This document shows positions 35,601 to 47,600 of a stretch of 64,000 bases of DNA, in pieces. Each line of letters starts with the position of its first letter. The stretch's first letter is position 1. The stretch is from Convolutriloba macropyga (taxonomy: Eukaryota), in assembly GCF_964194025.1 (NCBI RefSeq), contig NC_134474.1:744001-808000 (forward strand), written 5' to 3'. A program made the position numbers and the translations under genes. The notes under the pieces were generated by a model. That model was not told where the DNA came from. It worked only from the letters and a program-made list of their open reading frames with translations, and made no database searches.

Positions 35601-38600
35601 TTATACGATGTACTTAATTTAATTTAGTGTACTTATTCCTGAAGGGCATGTGTATAAGTCAACGTTATTTCACATGCTAGTCTGTTATTCCCATCTCCCG
35701 TAGCGGGAAATTATTGTTCATATTTGTTGTGACTTCTGTAATACCAGTTGCCTTAATACTCACTCTTTTAGTTTTGCACTTCGCGAACAGTTGCCTAATT
35801 TAACTTATTCTTCATTAACTGTCTTACTAATCAAGTAAAGTAGACAAGTAATTACCAAGCGATTCGCTAAGCGGATTCATTTAGAAATTGTGTAAAGCGC
35901 ATTCGCCGCGCAAGTTAGGATATAAAACATAATCGTCACTCGCGACTCAAGATTAAGTACGCAATCTCATTTGCGTACGACATGGCGCAGTCAGCAACTC
36001 AGAAGCGGACCCCACTCGGCATTGAGCCAATTTGGGATAAACCTAGTGCAGACCCTCCGTTGAAATGGGAAAAGTGGCAGAAGCAGGCCAAGTTAGCTCT
36101 TCTTGCGAAGGAAAATATTACACTAGACACTTTGTTGGAACCAAAACCCGAAACAGTACAACTACCACTTGAACCTATCTATGAGGATACGATAACAAGA
36201 TCATCGGCACAATCGGAGAGGGAAAGATTGGCGAGGAACGCTCAATCAAAAATGAACTGGGATAATCGGTGTCAGAGACAACTGGAGATAGGAGTAATGT
36301 GTGGAGATAAACCGTGGGCACAGGCTGATCGAAAGACTGTGTCAATGCTATATCTCAGTTTGGGCACCGAAGGACGTCGAATTGTTTGTAGCAGAAACCC
36401 ACACCTCAAGATGGACATTCTAACAACAGCAGAACTTTGGACAATCATGGAATCAGCATTTATTCGTCAGCGCAATATCACATTTGATAGGTACGTACTT
36501 CTCACTACAAAACAGACAAGAGGAGAGTCTATCGAACATTTCTTTGGAAAATTGAAAGAACTTTCTGAAAATTGTGAACTCGGGAGTCAAGAAGATACTC
36601 TTATCAGAGATTTATTTATTGCGAATATGTTAGATCCGGAAATCCAAAGGGAATTGCTGCGAGAAACTCTAGAATCAACTCAAGCATTACGTTTGGCCAT
36701 AAATATGGAATTAGGTCAAAGAAATCAACTACAAATTACAAACTCGCAACCTGCTCCACAGGTTAACGCAGTAATTTCTCAACGACTTTCTCGACCACCG
36801 AGTCAACGGCCGACTGCATCTAGTTTTACTCGACCACCAAATCAACTGCAGAAACTGTGGTTTAACTTGGTCAGCAAATCATAAAGTCAAGTGTATTGCA
36901 AGAGGCAAGACTTGCAATAACTGTGGTTTGCAAAATCATTTTTCTCGAGTGTGCAGGAAACCGAAGTCATCATCAAATAAACCCATCCGATCTAATGTTA
37001 ACTCTGTTGAAGAAACTTCAACTGATCAGACGGTAAATGCCATACAAAATATGAAGTATAACCCACAATGCGAATCAGATTACGATAGCTCAGATGATAA
37101 TATGGTCGCCAGCATCGCAAGTAACGCAATACAGATCGAACCAAAGAACACCATCTTGCAAATTGGTAATACCCAAGTAGGACTTCTCATTGATTCAGGC
37201 AGTGTATGCAGTATTTTACCCGAGTCTCTTGCTTCGGAAATAGTGGAAAATTCTCCCCTTGCTCGATGGTTGATGATAGCGCCTCCCCAGGAACTCAAAA
37301 CATTTTCAAACGAACCCATAAACGTGACGGGAATGATACAGGCACCAATTGCGAGCAATGGATGGCGACTTGAAGAAGCTGAATTTGTGGTGGTCCGTGA
37401 CGGGCTAAAACCACTAGTTGGTAGAGACTTGTTTGACGCTCTCGGAATCTCAATAACTCAAACCCCAAAATATGAAGGTAGTTTGGTCAACACTATCACA
37501 TCCCAATGTCCATTTAAAACATGTATTGCAAAACAATTTCCTCAACTTATTACACGTATTGGTCGCTCAAAAATACATATTGTTAAATCTAAATTCCATA
37601 GAAATTTTCAACCAAAACATCAAAAGGGCAGAAGAGTGAGTTTCAGAAGGCAATGCATTACACTTTGATTGGCCTAAAAAATACATTTTGTTTTCTAGAC
37701 GACATCTTAATTGTAAGTAAAGGTTCTGAAGATGATCACTTACAACTTGTATTAGATTGCCTTAAGAAACTGGACGCGGATAATCTCCGAATTAATCTTC
37801 CTAAATGCCATTTTGCGAAGCAAAAAATTTCCTGGTTAGGATATAAAATAACTCAATCTGGGATATCACCACTCGAATCTAAAACATCCTCTATTATGTC
37901 ATTACAACCACCTAATACACTTTAAAAATTACGTTCATTTCTCGGTTCACTATATTTGTAAATTTATTCCTAATTTAGCTCAACTCTGCCATCCTTTAAG
38001 ACCTCTTCTTCGTAAGTCAACTAAATACATTTGGACTGACGCTCATTGGACATTTTAATGCCATAAAAACTCGCATAGCAAATCATACAGAAAACATTCA
38101 CTATAACCCCCAACTCGAAACACGAATCAAATGAGATGCTTCTCGCTTCGGATTGGGAGCAGCACTAGAACAACTAACAGTTGATGGTTGGAAGCCGATC
38201 TCTTTTGCGTCAAGATTTTCAAATAGTAGTGAAGAACGTTATAGTATTAACGAATTGGAACTTCTTGGGGTGGTATGGTCCAAAGAATATTTAAAAAATT
38301 ATTTGTATGGTAAAGAGTTTACTATTATCACTGATCATCGCGCATTACTTTCTATTTTAAAAGAACATCGATCAAATAAAAGTTACAATAGTAGGTTATC
38401 ACGATGGGTTTTATCGTCTTTTGCCTTATCAATTCTCAATAGAGCATCTGCCTGGCGCGAAGATGGGACTAGTTGATTACATCTCTCGAAATCCATATCA
38501 ACCAGCAAAAAGTGTTTCAAAATATGATGAGGAATTTTTAGTCGCAACATTATCAAGCATACAATCTGATGCTCAATTACTTCAACAAAAACCCAACATT

Positions 38601-41600
38601 TTAGCTCATTCACTTAATAAATTATATATTGATATTGATGGCGAAAATAAAAATTCCACCACTAATACTGAACAAGTGTTAAATATAGATTATGTCAAAC
38701 CAAATCCTCAAACAAAAGTTAACGAATCATTCGCTCCGCGAAACAATAGTTTAAAATTATTCTCAAAACAAAATTCTAACTTTGACATAAAGTCCGCTCA
38801 GCGTGTACGCTTAACAAATGTTAGTTCAAATCTCGCGGCGCGAAAATACAACTCTAACGTAACCTCCCTTAAATTCAATAATCAGTATAGTGAACACGCC
38901 TCGCGAGTACACCTAACTCAAAATATTAAATCACTCGCGGATCAAAAAGTATAACCTGATTTTTAATCCCACTAATAGTATTAATTGTACTAGTGCACAT
39001 GATCAGCGAGTACATTCAACTCAAAATGAATCAGTATTCGCACATACATATCCTACTTCAAAAGTAAACACTTACAAATTAATTAATACCAATTCTGATC
39101 TCGCATTGCGAGTACGCTTTTCATTTAACAAATTAACACTCGCAAGGCATAATAGTTTAATAAATACTCAAAAGATTAGATTGCATTCCTCAGATGCCTC
39201 TTTTGCAAAGCAAGTTACTAAATACCAAATTCATTCTAAATTTGCGTCACATAGTCTACCAATTACAATTAAACCTCTACAAATTGAGTCTCAAATGCTT
39301 GTAGAAACAGGAAAAGCGTCACTCGCTTACCAAAATACTCCTAAATTTGCTTCAATAGGTCATTCTCACTTGTCAATCAAAAATCAGTCTCAAATTCCTA
39401 CCTTATTTAGTAAACCAAACTCGAATACTTTAAATAACTCACGTGCTTAATTAACAAACAACAAACAAGTGCTTTTTGCCCAAACTCAACCTGAAATTCA
39501 GTTGGGGGATGTATGGCTCAGCACTGCTGGTGGCCATACATGAATCGTGATTTGCTCGTCAAAGCAATAGAGTGCAAATCTTGCATTACTATCGGTAAAA
39601 ATTTAAAATCTGTTATTCCCGCAAAACAATTTAAAGCACATACACCATGTATAGTTCCGAACCAAGAAATACAAATAGATTTTGCAGGACCTATTAATAA
39701 CGAAAAAGAACATGAAATATAAATTTTAACATGTATTGATAGATTTCTAAAATATCCTTCTGCAGAATTAGTTGATAATGCAAATGCATCGAATGTAATA
39801 AATTTTTTTAGATAATTATATACAAATTCATGGAGTTCCTCGTTCCTTAAGAATAGACCAAGCTCGTTGTCTTATAGGTAACCAAGTAAAAAAAATTTTG
39901 TATGAAAAATAATATAACATTAATACCAGCTCCGGCGAATGACCATCGTGCAATAGGACTAGTTGAAAGACTTATTGGTACTATTAAACAACTCTTAGCA
40001 TGTATAAAAGAAGCAAATAGAGAATTAAATTCGTTCACAATTAAAGCAAAATTAAAATCAATTATATACCAGCTTCGCATATGTAAACATAAAACAACTA
40101 TGCTTTCGCCATTCGAATCTCACTTTGGGCGCGAAGCCAATACACCGCATAGTAACATAAGTACTCAACCAAAGTCATCTGATCTAAGTTATGAAAAAAT
40201 TTTGAATCATTATTTAGATGAAGAAACAGTAACTCCTAATGAATTGTTGCCGGAGGACCACTGGGGTAACAGCCGTAGCGACGATGAAATCGAGCGCAAC
40301 ATGTGCAAGGCAACAAAAGACGCTACCACACGTGAACGTCTAGCAACAGACAACGAATCCCGTTTCCTTCGCACCACAAAAGCGCATCGTCCACTACCTC
40401 TAAAAGAACACGCCGTACAGTTGAACATTGCTCGGAAGAAACATCTCCATAAAAGATCCAAGAAAAATCTTGATGGACTGTATGAGGAGTTGGCTCCAGG
40501 ATCTGTGGTACAAAAGACCGATCAATATACTTCTGTCATTCGCGAACCGGGGAAGTGGAATTAACAGTGCGCAATAGTGACATTGCCAAATTTGGTACTC
40601 GGGAAGAACGGAAAACGAAATTAACAGAATATATTAACCGTAGAGGACCCCGCACGCATGAGAAGACAACTGAGGCTAAGATACTTAGCCACATAAAAGA
40701 GTCCACGCGCATACAAAAGGGAGATAGAAAGATGAAGCATCGCAAGCGAGAAACTGGAAGCGGTGTCTCATCAAATAAATCAAATATTGCTCGTGCAATG
40801 CGGGTATTTTGCTCCCCAAGTATTACCCGAAATTCCCGAGGCTGCTCCCGAACAGCAAATCATAACTGGAGAAGTATTGATCGCACCCTCTCCTACAAAT
40901 AACCAAGCAGAATTAATCTTGCCATCTTAATCGGCTCCAGCAATAGCATTACAACAAATACCGATAAGAGCAACAAAACGGACTAGAAAAAGTCCTAAAT
41001 ACTATGGGTACGATAAAGAAGACTCATCTGGTGAATCTACTAATTCGTGCTCCCCGAACTTTGCTCCAACCCGCAGGAAACGACACGCGTAGGAGATATT
41101 GAATCGATACAACCTTCAGTTGTACAAACAATTGTAGACACAGCATCGCGGGTTGAACCCATAGAAAATGACTTCCCATCGCCTATCATAGGACAGGTAT
41201 CACCAACAGATCCTCGTATACGACCAGCGGATCACAGTACATCAAATGAGCTCATAATTGATGAAGAAGACTTGTGAAAACTTTGAATAATTAAAACTTG
41301 ATACATTATTATTTATGACTAGCTATGATAACCAGTACATATATTGTTGATACTATTTAACCGGTGAATAAGTATTAATATTATTCATATTGTTATTAAA
41401 ATTTTATTTTACGCAATTTTAATTTTCATTGAAGCGGGAGAAATGTCATACATCATAAATTAATTTAGTGCAGTAAATTTATTATACGATGTACTTAATT
41501 TAATTTAGTGTACTTATTCCTGAAGGGCATGTGTATAAGTCAACGTTATTTCACATGCTAGTCTGTTATTCCCATCTCCCGTAGCGGGAAATTATTGTTC

Positions 41601-44600
41601 ATATTTGTTGTGACTTCTGTAATACCAGTTGCCTTAATACTCACTCTTTTAGTTTTGCACTTCGCGAACAGTTGCCTAATTTAACTTATTCTTCATTAAC
41701 TGTCTTACTAATCAAGTAAAGTAGACAAGTAATTACCAAGCGATTCGCTAAGCGGATTCATTTAGAAATTGTGTAAAGTGCATTCGCCGCGCAAGTTAGG
41801 ATATAAAACATAATCGTCACTCGCGACTCAAGATTAAGTACGCAATCTCATTTGCGTACGACAATTATAATGAAGCGGTTTCGATAATGTTCATAAATAT
41901 AAATTTTTTGGTATGTGAAAATCAAATTTTAATCTTGTTTGGAGATCCTTCATCTTTTTGGTCCTTTTTAGGTATCGTGATGAGTTTTGGTGCATTGTTT
42001 ACTTATGTCGTTTTTTGGGAATTGAATCAATTCATCAACTCTTCAGAGTCGTGCCAAATATTTGGAATAGTTTTTTTTGATATTTTGCAATTTTCTCTAT
42101 TTTTCTTCCAGATTAGAGTACTCCTTTGCATGAGACCGTTTTTTCTGTTTTCTTGATTCATTCTAGAAGATACTAGTTGTTTCAAAAAAACATTGAAACG
42201 CCGAAGACTGTGAGGTGTTTCTGACTCTTCTTTCAGTCTTGAGATCTGTTTGCATACTTTAATGAATGTTGAAGTTAACTTGATTGGAGACTTGGGTCAC
42301 GCCAAAGTAGGGTGTTCAGCGAAATGGATTGGTCTTGCCTGTGAAATTTTATCGCTATTTAATTTAAGTTTACGAGATAATCTGCGTTTTTGCAATTTTT
42401 TGCCTCTTAGATAGAGGTTTTTTGTTCAAATGTGGCAATATAACTCCTGTTTTCATGACTCCGGTTTCTCAATTTCAATTGTTAAACTGTTAAAGTGGGC
42501 AATAAAGTCCTGTTTCAACGGGGTAAAATATGGCTAACCTCATGGTCTAAAGTTACAATACGAAATACTTCCACTTGAATACCTCGTGAGGGTCAAAGAA
42601 GCTACTGACTTGCAAAAATTTTTATCGAATGAAGCTCCAGACTACCTAAATTTAGTGGTTCCTACTACTACTAAAAAAATAAACGAACAAATTTCCTCAA
42701 CTTCGACGTCAAATACAAACTGCATAACTTTGAGAACTGTTTGTTTGCCAGAAATGTAAAGTCCTGGCTTGACTTCATCATATCTATTAGCAACACTCTT
42801 AATTTTAAAACCGTGCAAAAATAAGGGCTCATTTCTTTAAAAAATTTCAAACGTCTCACAACCTGTGTTATGGAAACCCATCCGTTGGGTGAGGTTGAAA
42901 GATGACAGGGTTTAAATAGTTACCACGAAATCTACGAGTATTCCCTATACTGCAAATAAAATTTAGTCCTTTTTTCCAAAATTTTTCAAACTATTAACTC
43001 GTTTTTAAAAACTGCGCAGTAGTAAGCTGAGCCTAACCATATCAGGCTGATCCCATTTAGGTAAAATTCAGAAAATTTGACTTTTATTAGGGCGCAATTT
43101 TCAGGACTCAATGAGAAATAATTGAGAAGTGATTTTTTTTAAACCGAGAATTCCTTAGAGCTTAACTAATTCTCTAGAGCTTTAATGATGAGTGGAAAGT
43201 TTTCCATATTCTGGCAATTTTTTCGTTCCTATGCGGCTTCTTCAAGCAGTCTTTTTTGGTTATAAAAACAAAATTGAGCATATATGAAAAAGTTGACTCT
43301 AATGATTATAATGAAGCGGTTTCGATAATGTTCAGAAATTTTTTGGTATGTGAAAATCAAATTTTAAGCTTGTTTGGAGATCCTTCATCTTTTTGGTCCT
43401 TTTTAGGTAATTTGATGGTTTTTGTGCAAAGATTACTTATGTCGTTTTTTTGGGAATTGAATCCTTTCATCAACTCTTCAGAATCGTGCCAAAAACTTTG
43501 AATAGTTTTTTTTTGATATTTTGCAGTTTTCTCTACTTTTCTTCCAGATTAGAGTATTCTGCGCATTTAATGGTTTCCTTATTGTGCGGGCGTTTTATTC
43601 TTGGTTGCATTAATTAATTTTTTTGATGTGACCTATACTTCTGTTATGTTAAATTTTGTAGAAAATTTAAAGTTATGTTAACTTTTCTTACTTTTAAATT
43701 TACGCTTCACTGAATTGAATTTACTTATTCATTTGTATGAGACCGTTTTTTCTGTTTTCATGATTCATTCTAGAAGGTACTAGTTGTTTCAAAAGTACGT
43801 TGAAACGCCGAAGACGATTCTGTGAGGTGTTTCTGACCCTTCTTTCCGTCTTTTTTGAGATCTGTTTGCATAATTTAATGAATGTTGAAGTTAACTTGAA
43901 TGGAGACTTGGGTAACGCCAAAGTAGGGTGTTCAGCGAAAAGGATGTAATGTGATGATTTTTGTGCATTGTTTACTTATGTTGTTTGTTTGGGAATTGCA
44001 TCATTTCATCAACTCTTCAGAATCGTGCCAAAAATTTGGAATAGTTTTTTTGATATTTTGCAGTTTTCTCTATTTTTCTTCCAGATTAGAGTATTCCTTT
44101 GTATGAGACCGTTTTTTCTGTTTTATTGATTCATTCTAGAAGATACCAGTTGTTTCAAAAATACATTGAAACGCCGAATACTGTGAGGTGTTTCTGACTC
44201 TTCTTTCAGTCTTGAGATCTGTTTGCATACTTTAATGAATGTTGAAGTTAATTTGATTGGAGACTTGGGTCACGCCAAAGTAGGGTGTTCAGCGAAAAGG
44301 ATTGGTCTTGCCTGTGAAATTTTATCGCTATTTTATTTAAGTTTACAAGATAAACTGCGTTTTAGCAATTTTTTGCCTTTTAGATAGAGGTTTTTTGTTC
44401 AAATGTGGCAATATAACTCCTGTTTTCATGACTCCAGTTTCTCAATTTCAATTGTTAAACTGTTAAAGTGGGCAATAAAGTCCTGTTTCAACGGGGTAAA
44501 ATATGGCTCAGCTCATGGTCTAAAGTTACAATACGAAATACTTCCACTTGAATACCTCGTGAGGGTCAAAGAAGCTACTGACTTGCAAAAATTTTTATCG

Positions 44601-47600
44601 AATGAAGCTCCAGACTACCTAAATTTAGTGTTTCCTACTACTACTAAAAAAATAAACAAACGAATTTCCTCTACTTCGACGTCAAATACAAACTGCATAA
44701 CTTTGAGAACTGTTTGTTCGCCAGAAATGTAAAGTCCTGGCTTGACTTCATCATATCTATTAGCAACACTCTTAATTTTAAAACCGTGCAAAAATAAGGG
44801 CTCATTTCTTTAAAAAATTTCAAACTTCTCATAACCTGTGTTATGGAAACCCATCATAGAGAGACTTTAAACTCAGTTAGATTTGATACAATAAATTAAT
44901 TGTTTGTCAAAAATGAAAGCAATAATTTGTACATTTACCCTAACTCCTTGGTATTTAAATCTGTCTTTGGAATTCAAGTGTTCTTTTCTTAATGTTTCTT
45001 TGCGTTTTTGGGTCGGATTTTTTGGTCGGTAGTTGTAATCCAATACCGTTCCTAGTTGTAGATCAACAAAAATTCTTTGACCCGTTTTTCTAAACTTATT
45101 GCCCACAATTGCAAATCTCAAAATTGATAAATTGTTCGATCCTAAACGACCCGCCTCACTCTTTAAATGACGTTCAAAACCAATGTTAAGGTGACCAAAA
45201 TTTAACAAGCAGTATGATTTTTCAAAAGATATTTTGCTGTATGAAAACGTCTCTAATTCTTTAAACAGGTATCATTTATTGTGTCGCTACCATAGTTCGG
45301 CATCTGTTTCCATCTTTATTTTACGTCCTGCAAGTCTATTTCGCAGCTATTAGGGAAATTTGCTGTCTACGTTTTCAAAGACTATAAAAGTGGAGTATTT
45401 GAATGTGTTCCAGGGAATTGGAGGAGGAAAAGCGGAGGGAGGAGGAAGCAGCTAGACTGGCGGAATTGGAGGCAAAACGTAAGGAGGAGGAGATGGCGAG
45501 GAGGGAGAGGCAGAGGAGGGTGGAGGAACAGAGGCGGATTGAGAGGATGAAACAGGAGAAGATGGAACAGGAGGCACAGGCTGCAGGTCTACTATTATAG
45601 TCCAGTCGACACATTTTTGCCATGGAATCTTACTGGATGCATTGTCATCTCAAATCTTCATCTTCATTATCATTATCATCACTATAGAGCGTCTCTTTGT
45701 CGCAGTTTACATTAGAGGATGCGATCTAAATTAAGAGAAGTAGCTGTACAGCCTAATTAGAGCTGTGCTAATATTTCGGAGCTTTATTTCAATTGCATTA
45801 TTTTGAACATTGAGATCCCAGTCGTTTCAAGAACTTCTTGCCTGTCGTCTTCCATTCCCTATTCTCACGACTAGATTGGAACGTATATTCTTCACTAGAG
45901 TCAAGAAGATCATTCCAATATTGTCGGAAAGCCATAACAAACTGTCTGCATCATTATTATCACAATCGTCGTCATCACCATCTTTGTCATTATCAGCCCC
46001 ACATTTTGTTGTCATCATTTGTAGTGACTGTTTGGGGTGGGAGTTGAAAATGTTGATGTGCTTCAAAAGTTATGACCTTTTAACTAATGATAGATGTTGT
46101 TCCTCGTCAAAATACCTCTCGGACCTTTATTGGAAAGTTTATTTTCAAGTTAATATCCAAGCCACACTATATTCACTATTCGGAGAGACAGAAATCTCTG
46201 TCCCATTGTCGATTAGGACAGAAAAGTTGTCATTTATCATTTTAACTTAGTGATACTTTTGGTGAATCTTTAATCAGAATGATGAGAGTGGATAACTTTG
46301 TTAGACATCTTGCTGTCTTGTGGTCAACTGGACTCCTCAGTAAACAGAGAGGCATTATGTTATCGAAAGCAGCATTTTGAAGCAGAGAGGAGTTACCTCA
46401 AATCACTCACTAACAACATTATACAGAACAACATTATTCATGATGCTACCTACCAATGCAACAAAAAATGACAGCTTTCCAGTTCCCGTCTCTCAGCTAA
46501 TCATCAAGGCTGATCAGTTACAAATTGATACAAACAGTAACAATGAATCCGTCCAAATAAAGCAGTTACAAAGACAATGCGAAATCCGTTCAGCTCCAAA
46601 TCATCATTACAATATGCTTTGAGGATAGTTCTCGATGTAGTTATCAGTCATCTCATCAGTGACGTCATTCAAAATGTCATTATCATTCAGTTATTCATCA
46701 TCCACTCATTGACCATGACCTCGTGACCTCCACCGCCATCCTCTGCCAATCCCTCCTTCGGCCAATTCTCACACTTTCATCTCCATTTTACATTGATAGC
46801 TTTCTTCTCACTTGTGCATGTTCATGTATTGAGTCCTTTCAATTTAGGTGATCCCGTAGCCGAAGGTCAGTTACACGAACAATTGTTTTTTGCCCGTTAT
46901 AATTCCTATCTACTAATTAAATTGTTAAATGTAAATTACCTGCCCAACTAAAATTGAACAGAACTTACAAGTAACCCACTGGTGACGTCTTAACAAATAG
47001 ACGTAAACCAAAATGTAGAAATTTCAACGAATGTGATTGGTTGAGAAAGGCAGTACCTTTATGTGTTTAATTAGCCTAAATTCGACATAGCCTAATGCCA
47101 GATTATAGATTTTTTGCCGCATCTGGCCATGCCTCTCGGGCCATGGCCGTGCCTCAGCGGCCCGTGGGACTTGAAATGAATCTATCACAACCGAACTTGA
47201 TACCAGTTCCCCCCCCCCAATATAATATAATTTTTATCTTTCTATGTTTCGGCTTATCGCGATTTCTGAGCAATTTTACGTTAACATTCATATCCTATTC
47301 TAAAACATGGGGAATTCGTTGACCAATCAACCAACCAGAAAGCAATATTCCCATTTTCTCAATTGTGATTGGCCAGCAATAAAATTTCTATATTTTGGTA
47401 CGTCTGTCATTTTCACAAGAGCCTAACCCACTAGACTATAGCTGCAAGAGTTCAAACTTAGAATGTAACTTTGGAAAACGGTGGCTTATCAGGTAGCCGA
47501 ATGTCCTAAAAGACAAAAAATTGATGTGTATCTGATAGCTAGTATTCTACCAGCTTTGTCGGTCGCGTTAATTTGTTCAGTTGTGATAGATTCATATCAT

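Larger units (their letters stand above)
35563..41863 (+). mobile_element. Ty3/Gypsy LTR retrotransposon (Mag-like), defective
   Basis: 420-bp LTRs TG...CA at 35563-35982 and 41444-41863. PBS TGGCGCAGTCAG at 35983; PPT GAAGCGGGAGAAA at 41431-41443; TSD ATTA(A/T). Gag with two Cys/His knuckles, protease LIDSGS, RT FLDD, RNase H DAS/ELE/TDH, integrase IDFAGP/IDQA/GLVER, in Gypsy order PR-RT-RH-INT. Confidence 0.95.
35139..44855 (+). repeat. Tandem segmental duplication (unit 1: 35139-35562 + 41864-42881; unit 2: 42885-44855, internally rearranged)
   Basis: Both units start TTGGGTGAGGT(C/T)GAAAG and end AACCTGTGTTATGGAAACCCAT. Both contain a LINE 3' fragment (KWAIKSCFN..LKLQYEILP) at ~42480-42850 and ~44450-44800. 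Confidence 0.85.

Noticed and set aside
45810-46622. Several overlapping ORFs in the intron
   Set aside because: Low-complexity (TCA)n-like sequence with no recognisable domain or phase-compatible splice sites needed by the gene model.
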